64,000 bases of DNA from Vulcanimicrobiota bacterium (GTDB lineage Bacteria > Vulcanimicrobiota > Xenobia > Xenobiales > JADMJV01): positions 64,001 to 128,000 of the forward strand of contig JBFWNU010000004.1 in assembly GCA_050250895.1 (NCBI GenBank), written 5' to 3'. Position numbers and translations under genes: made by a program. The first letter of the stretch is position 1. Every line of letters begins with the position of its first letter. Below the pieces are notes generated by a model. That model was not told the DNA's origin and did no database searches. It saw nothing but the letters and a program-made list of their open reading frames with translations. Below are positions 57,735 through 64,000 of this stretch, piece after piece.

Positions 57735-60045
57735 ACTGCGAGTATTCTTCGGCCCCGCCGAAGAGACCGCCGAAGCCCTGGCCAAAGAGGCGGCCCGGCG
57801 CGGTCTCGAGGTGACGGCCGAGCTTGAGCTCGAAAAGCTGCTCAAAGCCCGACCGGCGGCCGTGGCTGTGGACCGGCTGGCCAAAGTCAACCCCCCGGGC
57901 GGTCGCCACGCGCAACGTTATCTCGATGTGGCCGACTTGCTGGCGGCCGGTATCTCGGTCTACACCACCATGGAGGTTGACCAGCTGGAGAGTCAGGTCG
58001 ATGCCATCGAGCGCATCACCGGCCGCCGGCCCGAGAGTGCCGTGCCGGATCCCTTTCTCGACCAGGCCGAAGTCGTGCTGGTCGACCAGTCCGTCCAGAC
58101 AGCCGAGCAGCTGGCTCTCAGAGAGCTGGCTTTGCGACAGACCGCCCTCTGGGTCGAGCGTCGCTTGCTGCGCGAGGAGCCCCGGGCCACTCCGTGGCCT
58201 AGCGCCGAGCGCCTGTTGGTTTGCGTCGGGCCAAGCCCCTTGAGCGAGAAGCTGGTGCGTGCCGCCAAGCGACTGGCCGACTCTCTGGGGGTCGAATGGC
58301 TGGCCCTGCATGTCGACACCATCGGCCTTCGCCCGGCTGAACGCCAGAGAGTGGCTCAGCATCTGGAGTTGGCCGCTCGGCTTGGGGCCAGAGTGCTGGC
58401 CAGCCCGACTTCCCACTCGCTGGTTGAAGCCGTGGTCGAAGTCTCGCAGCGCGAGAACGTAACTCGCATCGTGGCCGGCAAACCTCTGGGCCCGTCCTGG
58501 CGACGCCTGTTCACGCGTTCTTTGACCGACGAGATCCTGGCCCGTACCCGCGGCATCGACATCTTCGTGCTGGGCTCAGACGAGACCGAACCGCCCCCCG
58601 CCCCCGCCGCCGACAGACCCGCCACCAACGCCTATCTGGCGGCCGCCTTGCTGGTGGCTCTGGCCACTGCCCTGGGCTTGCCACTACAACCCCATCTCAG
58701 CCCCACCAACCTGGTGATGCTCTATCTTGCCGCGGTCGTCACCTCGGCCTATCGCTTCGGTCGCGGCCCGTCTAACCTGGCAGCCTTGCTGAGCGTCATG
58801 GCCTTTGACCTGGTCTTTGTGCCGCCTCGCCTTCGATTGGCGGTGGATGACTCGGAGTACATCATCACCTTTGTAGGCTTTCTGGCGGTGGGGCTCCTGG
58901 TTAGCAGTCTGACGGCCCAGGCCCGCGAGCAAGCCCGCCGGGCTCAGCAACGCGAAGGCCAGGCCCTCGACCTGCTGCGCTTGAGCCGCGAGCTCAGTCG
59001 GGCTAGCAGCGTGCCGGCCGTACTCGAAGCCACCGCCGCCCACCTCCGCCGCCACTTCGGTGAGGCTTACCTGGCGGGGCCCGGAAGCGAGGAAATCGAG
59101 CCGGCGGCCCAACTCGCCCTCGAAACGGGCAGTCCGGTGGGAAAGGGTACCGACACCATGCCCGAGGCGACCTGCTGCTGGCTACCTCTGGGTGCAGAAG
59201 AGCGCAACCTGGCGGTAGTGGGTATTCAAAAGCCGCCACCCCAGGGCGACGTGCTGGCTCAGGAGTTGCTAGAGGCGACCCTGGCTCAGGCCGCCACCGC
59301 CCTGGCCCGGGCCGAACTCGTCGAGACGGCCCGCCAAAACGAGTTGCTGCGGGCCACCGAGCGCCTGCAGACAGCTTTGCTCAACTCTATCTCGCACGAT
59401 TTACGAATTCCGCTGGTGTCGATTCAGGGGGCGCTCTCGAGTCTGCTCGAAGAAAGTCTCGAGTTCGATGCCGAGTCACGACGCAGCCTGCTAGAAAATG
59501 CCGTCTCCGAAGCCGAACGACTCAACCGGCTGGTAGCCAACCTGCTGCAGATGACCCGTCTCGAGTCGGGTGCCCTCAAAGTGCGTCCGGTGCTTTGCGA
59601 TGCGACCGATCTGGTGGCCACCTCGGTCGAGGCACTTCACAGCCGGCTGGCCGACCATCCGGTAGAACTCGATCTTCCTGACGACCTGCCCCTGGTGGCC
59701 ATGGACTATGTGCTGATGCAACAAGTCTTGATCAATCTGTTGGAGAACGCCATTGCGCACAGCCCCGAAACAGCCCCCATTCGAGTCGAGGCCGCTTGCC
59801 AGGGCTCCGGTTTGATTCTATCGGTGCTAGACAGGGGTCCAGGTGTGCCCGAGGAAATGCGGCCGAAGGTGTTCGAGAGATTCGTACGCGGCGAAAGTTC
59901 CGAACCGGGCGGCAGTGGCCTGGGCCTATCCATCTGCAAGGCGTTGGCCGAAGCCCACCAGGGTGAGGTCTGGCACGAGCCCCGGCCCGGGGGGGGCTCG
60001 GCCTTTCGCCTGCGCCTGCCGCTGGAAGCGAGGGAGGGCCCATGA
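57727..60045 (+). CDS. kdpD: KdpD-like sensor histidine kinase with eroded N-terminal KdpD domain
   Basis: DLLAAGISVYTT, Usp domain (ERLLVCVGP), 4 TM, SISHDLR, NLLENA, GSGLGLSIC. Confidence 0.88.
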   Translation: MAELRVFFGPAEETAEALAKEAARRGLEVTAELELEKLLKARPAAVAVDRLAKVNPPGGRHAQRYLDVADLLAAGISVYTTMEVDQLESQVDAIERITGRRPESAVPDPFLDQAEVVLVDQSVQTAEQLALRELALRQTALWVERRLLREEPRATPWPSAERLLVCVGPSPLSEKLVRAAKRLADSLGVEWLALHVDTIGLRPAERQRVAQHLELAARLGARVLASPTSHSLVEAVVEVSQRENVTRIVAGKPLGPSWRRLFTRSLTDEILARTRGIDIFVLGSDETEPPPAPAADRPATNAYLAAALLVALATALGLPLQPHLSPTNLVMLYLAAVVTSAYRFGRGPSNLAALLSVMAFDLVFVPPRLRLAVDDSEYIITFVGFLAVGLLVSSLTAQAREQARRAQQREGQALDLLRLSRELSRASSVPAVLEATAAHLRRHFGEAYLAGPGSEEIEPAAQLALETGSPVGKGTDTMPEATCCWLPLGAEERNLAVVGIQKPPPQGDVLAQELLEATLAQAATALARAELVETARQNELLRATERLQTALLNSISHDLRIPLVSIQGALSSLLEESLEFDAESRRSLLENAVSEAERLNRLVANLLQMTRLESGALKVRPVLCDATDLVATSVEALHSRLADHPVELDLPDDLPLVAMDYVLMQQVLINLLENAIAHSPETAPIRVEAACQGSGLILSVLDRGPGVPEEMRPKVFERFVRGESSEPGGSGLGLSICKALAEAHQGEVWHEPRPGGGSAFRLRLPLEAREGP

Positions 60046-60719
60046 CCCGGGTGCTGGTGGTCGAAGACGAGCCCTCGGTTCGCCTCTTCCTGGAGGAGTG
60101 CCTGAGTGGCGCGGGTTTTTCGGTGGAGATCGTCGACACGGCCACCGCGGCCTACGAGCATCTACGCGCCGACCCTCCCGACCTGCTGTTGCTCGATCTG
60201 GGGCTGCCCGACCTCGATGGTCTGGATCTGCTGGCGATGCTTCGCGAATGGAGCCGTCTGCCCGTGATTGTCCTGAGCGTGCGTGATGACGAAGAGACGA
60301 TCGTGGCCGCCCTCGACGCCGGCGCCGATGATTATCTCAGCAAGCCTTTTCGGACCAGCGAATTGTTGGCGCGTCTGCGGGTAGCTCTGCGCCACACTGG
60401 CGGCGAGGCCGAAGAGGAGGTCTTCGAGAGTGGACCTCTGCGGGTCGACCTGGCCGCCAGGGTGGTCGGTCTAGCCGGCCGCGAGGTGCAGTTGACCCCC
60501 ACCGAATATGACCTGCTGCGAGTCTTGATCGCCGACCAGGGCCGGGTCCTGACCCACCACCAGTTGCTCACTCGGGTGTGGGGCGAGGGCTTTCTGGAAG
60601 ACATCCAGGTCCTGCGGGTCAACATCAGCAACCTGCGCAAAAAGATCGAGCCCGACCCGCGCCACCCGCAACTGCTGGTGACCGAACCGGGTGTCGGCTA
60701 TCGCCTGCGACTTCTTTAG
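60042..60719 (+). CDS. kdpE: KdpE-like response regulator (copy 2)
   Basis: LVVEDE, LDLGLPD, LRKKIEPDPRHP...TEPGVGYR. Confidence 0.88.
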   Translation: MTRVLVVEDEPSVRLFLEECLSGAGFSVEIVDTATAAYEHLRADPPDLLLLDLGLPDLDGLDLLAMLREWSRLPVIVLSVRDDEETIVAALDAGADDYLSKPFRTSELLARLRVALRHTGGEAEEEVFESGPLRVDLAARVVGLAGREVQLTPTEYDLLRVLIADQGRVLTHHQLLTRVWGEGFLEDIQVLRVNISNLRKKIEPDPRHPQLLVTEPGVGYRLRLL

Positions 60720-60731
60720 GATCTCTTTAGG
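60713..60731 (+). promoter_or_regulatory. Direct repeat TCTTTAGG x2, possible KdpE/OmpR-type box for the downstream gene
   Basis: Copies at 60713 and 60724, an 11-bp period. Confidence 0.35.
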
Positions 60732-60785
60732 TGGAACTCGACCTTCGAGAGGGGGTATTGAGGGGCAGGCGGCTAGCATGAGAAC

Positions 60786-61181
60786 ATGCGCTGCCTCAAA
60801 GCCAGCTTTAGCCAACCGAATTTGGCCCAACGGGCCTATGGAGCCCTGAGTGACCACGGCGTGCGTCGCTGCGACCGGAGCCTGCTCAACGCCGAACCCG
60901 CGCCGCTTACCCTGGCCACCTGGGCCGACGCCCGCCAGGCCGCCCTGCGCGCCCTGCTGGTGAGCCTGGTGCCGGCCTGGTGGTGGGGACCGCAATGCAT
61001 GGCCGTGGCCGTAGTGCTGGGGTTGGTGTATGGCCTGCTGGTGGATCAGGGGGCTCCCTCTCGAAGGATGCTGTGCGCGGGCCCGATCCACGTTTTGATC
61101 AACCTCCGTCGCGATGGCCCCTCAGAAAGTCTGGTAAGGGCCATCATTCGCAAGTATGGAGGGGTCGCAACCAGCCTCTAA
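60786..61181 (+). CDS. Hypothetical small membrane protein
   Basis: Two hydrophobic segments; C-terminal IIRKYGG. Confidence 0.55.
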   Translation: MRCLKASFSQPNLAQRAYGALSDHGVRRCDRSLLNAEPAPLTLATWADARQAALRALLVSLVPAWWWGPQCMAVAVVLGLVYGLLVDQGAPSRRMLCAGPIHVLINLRRDGPSESLVRAIIRKYGGVATSL

Positions 61182-61217
61182 GCCAGGTTCCCGCCGGCAG
61201 GCGACGAACCGGGGCAG

Positions 61218-62999
61218 ATGAGCGGTCAACCAAATCTGGGCCTAGGCTGGACGCTCGAGCTGCTCGACCGGGCCGGACGCCGCCAATTGCTACTGGTGCT
61301 GGCCCTAACCGGGCTCCTCTCGATAGCAGAGTTGGCCGGGGTCACCTCGGTCCTTCCCTTTATGGGACTGGTAGCCAATCCCGAGCTGCTGCATGAGAAC
61401 CGCTGGCTGCGCGCCTTCTATGAGGCCAGCGGTTTTACCAGCGAGCAGAGTCTGTTGTTGGCGCTGGGTTTATTGATGTTGGCGGCCGTGACCATCGCCA
61501 ACCTGCTCGGCCTGCTGGTGACCTGGGTCTCGCACCGCTTCGTGCTGGCTCAGTATTATCGACTGGTCGAGCGACTGCTGACCGTCTACGCCCGCCGGCC
61601 CCACTCCTATTACCTGGGTGTGAATACGGCCCAGTTGGTACGCATGCTCGAGTCGGTGAACGAGGTCTTGCTCTACAATCTCGAACCGTTGCTGTTGCTG
61701 CTGACCAGACTCGGGTCGGTGGCCCTGATCCTGGCTGGCCTGCTGTGGGCCGACCCGGTGGCCACGATGCTGGCCACGGCCATGCTGGGCGGAGCCTATT
61801 TCTTCGTTTACCTTCGCTTGCGTCGTCAGTTCGCCCACCTGGGAGAGCGCGAGTGGAGCGGTCAACAAGAGAGCGCCAGACTCCGACACCAGCTCTTGCA
61901 AGGTATGAGAGAGGCACGTCTAGCAGGCCGCGAGGCCTTCTTCGTCGCCCAGGCCCTCGACGAAGCCCGAGGCTTTCTCAAGGCTCGCGAGCGGGCTCAC
62001 CTGCTGGGGGTCACTCCCCCCCTGGCCATGCGCACCGTGGTTTTCGCCGGCCTGTTGACGCTCACGCTGTGGGTGCTTTCTCAACAACGCTCACCCGCCG
62101 AGGCCATCCCCTGGATCAGTCTTTATGCCCTGGCCGGCTACCGCCTGCTGCCGGCTTTCCAGCAGACCTTCACCGCCATCGCCCGCATGCGCGGTGGCCT
62201 GACCCATCTCGTCATGCTGCGTCGTGAACTCGAAGACGACGATGGACAACCTCTTGCGCCTCCACCTCTCAGGTTGAGCTTCGAGCGAGAGTTGGCCCTG
62301 GAAGAGGTTCGCTTCGCCTATCTCGAGGGCGAGCCGACGGTCGAGCTGTCGCTGGTGATTCCTCGCAGCAGCCGGGTCGGCATCGTGGGCCGGACCGGCA
62401 GCGGCAAGTCCACCGTGATGGCGCTGCTGATGGGATTGTTGCAACCGACCCAGGGTCGCCTGCTGGTAGACGGCCGAGAGGTAGAGGTCAAGGCCTATCA
62501 GCAAGGCCTGGGGGTGGTTCCCCAAGATGTGTTCCTGCTCGACGAGAGCCTGGCCCGCAACGTAGCCTTCGGGATGGCCGATGCCGAAATCGATCAGGCC
62601 CGCCTGGACGAGGTGGCGGTCCTGGCCCGTATCGACGGCTTGGTGACAACGCTGGAACAGGGGTGGCAGACCAGGGTGGGCGAGCGAGGCATCCGTCTCA
62701 GCGGCGGCGAGCGCCAGCGCGTGGGCATCGCCAGGGCCCTCTATCACGACCCCGACATTCTCTTCTTCGACGAGGCCACGGCAGCCCTCGACAATCAAAC
62801 AGAACAAGAGGTGCTGGAGGCTATCGATGGGCTGTCGGGCTCGCGCACCATCGTCATGGTCGCCCACCGCCTCACCACCGTCAAAGAGTGCGACGCTATC
62901 TATGTGCTCGAGGGGGGACGAGTGGTAGCCTCGGGCACCTACGCCGAACTTTGTGAGGGCTCAGCCCTCTTCCGAGAGCTGGCCAAGGCGGTCGGTTAA
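61218..62999 (+). CDS. ABC exporter, fused permease/ATPase (PglK/MsbA-like)
   Basis: N-terminal TM domain; GRTGSGKS, VGERGIRLSGGERQR, FDEATAALD, AHRL. Confidence 0.93.
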   Translation: MSGQPNLGLGWTLELLDRAGRRQLLLVLALTGLLSIAELAGVTSVLPFMGLVANPELLHENRWLRAFYEASGFTSEQSLLLALGLLMLAAVTIANLLGLLVTWVSHRFVLAQYYRLVERLLTVYARRPHSYYLGVNTAQLVRMLESVNEVLLYNLEPLLLLLTRLGSVALILAGLLWADPVATMLATAMLGGAYFFVYLRLRRQFAHLGEREWSGQQESARLRHQLLQGMREARLAGREAFFVAQALDEARGFLKARERAHLLGVTPPLAMRTVVFAGLLTLTLWVLSQQRSPAEAIPWISLYALAGYRLLPAFQQTFTAIARMRGGLTHLVMLRRELEDDDGQPLAPPPLRLSFERELALEEVRFAYLEGEPTVELSLVIPRSSRVGIVGRTGSGKSTVMALLMGLLQPTQGRLLVDGREVEVKAYQQGLGVVPQDVFLLDESLARNVAFGMADAEIDQARLDEVAVLARIDGLVTTLEQGWQTRVGERGIRLSGGERQRVGIARALYHDPDILFFDEATAALDNQTEQEVLEAIDGLSGSRTIVMVAHRLTTVKECDAIYVLEGGRVVASGTYAELCEGSALFRELAKAVG

Positions 63000-63818
63000 A
63001 GCACTCGTCAGTTTACGAATGCGGATAGGCGAGACGCCGTCTGGCCACAGGTCGGTGAGCAGTTGCAGCCACTTGCCCAGCGCCATTTCCATCGGTTCGG
63101 CCAGGCAGGGTCCGAGCAAAACCTGGATGCGTCCCCGTCCGTTAGGAGCGGTCGCTAGCGGCACCACCCGAGCCTGCGTCTGGCCGGCCAGGAAGCCGAC
63201 CGAGGGGTTGAGCTTCAACCAGGCGTTGCCGTAACGGAAGGCTCGCTCGGTCGAGAAGGAGACATCGGCCATCACCGCCACTAATTCGCCCCGTTCCAGG
63301 GCTCTCAGGGCAATCCGGATGGCTTTCACATGGTCGGCCTGGCGCTGGCCCCCGGCCACCCGGATGTAGTGCAGATTGCCTTCCTGACGGGTGCGTTCTG
63401 GGCCGCCCACCAACAGTGTGCAGGGGCGTTCGAGACTGGCCAGAGCGGCCGCCGCCGCATCCATGCGACCAAAGTGACAAATCCCCACCACCAGGGGCCC
63501 GGCCTCGGCCAAAAGGCCAGGTCCGTCGGGCCAATCGAGTAACTCGATCAGGTCTGCCGTGCCCTTCAAGGCTCGGCGGTAGCGATAGTAGCGCGCCTGG
63601 ACCTTGCGAATATGGATCTGTCGGGCCACCCGCTTGGACCAGGCGGTTGAGCCACCAAACAACGACTGAACCCGACCCCAATGAGGGTCGGGAAAGAACG
63701 GATGGATCAGCCCGGCCTCGAGGGTTAGCAGCGGCAAAGCGGTCTCGGGCGGCAACCCCGCCAACCATCTTCGATAAGCTGCTCGCATCCACGGAAGTTC
63801 CGTGGGTGGCCGGCCCAA
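62961..63818 (-). CDS. LpxL/lysophospholipid acyltransferase-like protein
   Basis: HFGRMD (HX4D), ALERGELVAVMAD, LAGQTQARVVP; start uncertain. Confidence 0.7.
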   Translation of the reverse strand: MGRPPTELPWMRAAYRRWLAGLPPETALPLLTLEAGLIHPFFPDPHWGRVQSLFGGSTAWSKRVARQIHIRKVQARYYRYRRALKGTADLIELLDWPDGPGLLAEAGPLVVGICHFGRMDAAAAALASLERPCTLLVGGPERTRQEGNLHYIRVAGGQRQADHVKAIRIALRALERGELVAVMADVSFSTERAFRYGNAWLKLNPSVGFLAGQTQARVVPLATAPNGRGRIQVLLGPCLAEPMEMALGKWLQLLTDLWPDGVSPIRIRKLTSALTDRLGQLSEEG

Positions 63819-63862
63819 TCCTGGCCGAGAGGACTGGCCTGGCTGCCGTCGTAAACGGGGAT

Positions 63863-64000
63863 ATGCGATGCCTTAAGCCCAACCGGGAACAGATCGCCGC
63901 CAAGGTCCTCGACGGCGAGGCTATTTTGATCAACCTGGACACCGGTGTCTACTACAGCCTCGACGGCGCCGGAGCCACTTTGTGGCAACTGGTCGAGTGC
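63863..64000 (+). CDS. PqqD/RiPP recognition element family protein (partial, runs off window)
   Basis: MRCLKPNREQIAAKVLDGEAILINLDTGVYYSLDGAGATLWQLVE; not in the ORF track. Confidence 0.85.
   Translation, partial: MRCLKPNREQIAAKVLDGEAILINLDTGVYYSLDGAGATLWQLVEC

Overview
GC-rich bacterial chromosomal window. The style of the hypothetical proteins suggests Eremiobacterota/Vulcanimicrobiota, but this is only an inference. Core content, in order: SulP, vapBC, a GH130 plus Opp/Dpp-type ABC importer operon, argJ, HAD-LacI, an LLM oxidoreductase, MarR plus RND efflux, PfpI, kup-kdpE-kdpD-kdpE, an ABC exporter, an acyltransferase and the start of a PqqD/RRE gene. Notable items: (1) a 1.7-kb array of about 33 palindromic 40-41 bp units, interrupted three times by a cassette of different mini-hairpins joined by a constant CTCCCC(TCT) linker; (2) a two-gene unit of a B12-fold radical SAM enzyme (atypical Cx3Cx3C motif) and a thymidylate-kinase-like protein, paralleling viperin plus nucleotide kinase; (3) a SelW/Rdx selenoprotein with CxxU and a SECIS-like hairpin, missed by the ORF track; (4) two different MITEs, one splitting a divergent clpX-like gene; (5) a ~12.5-kb defence island (Gabija, TPR-CHAT protease, IS256, IS66) that appears to split a FlhA-like gene and contains an 86-aa ORF hit independently by two IS elements.
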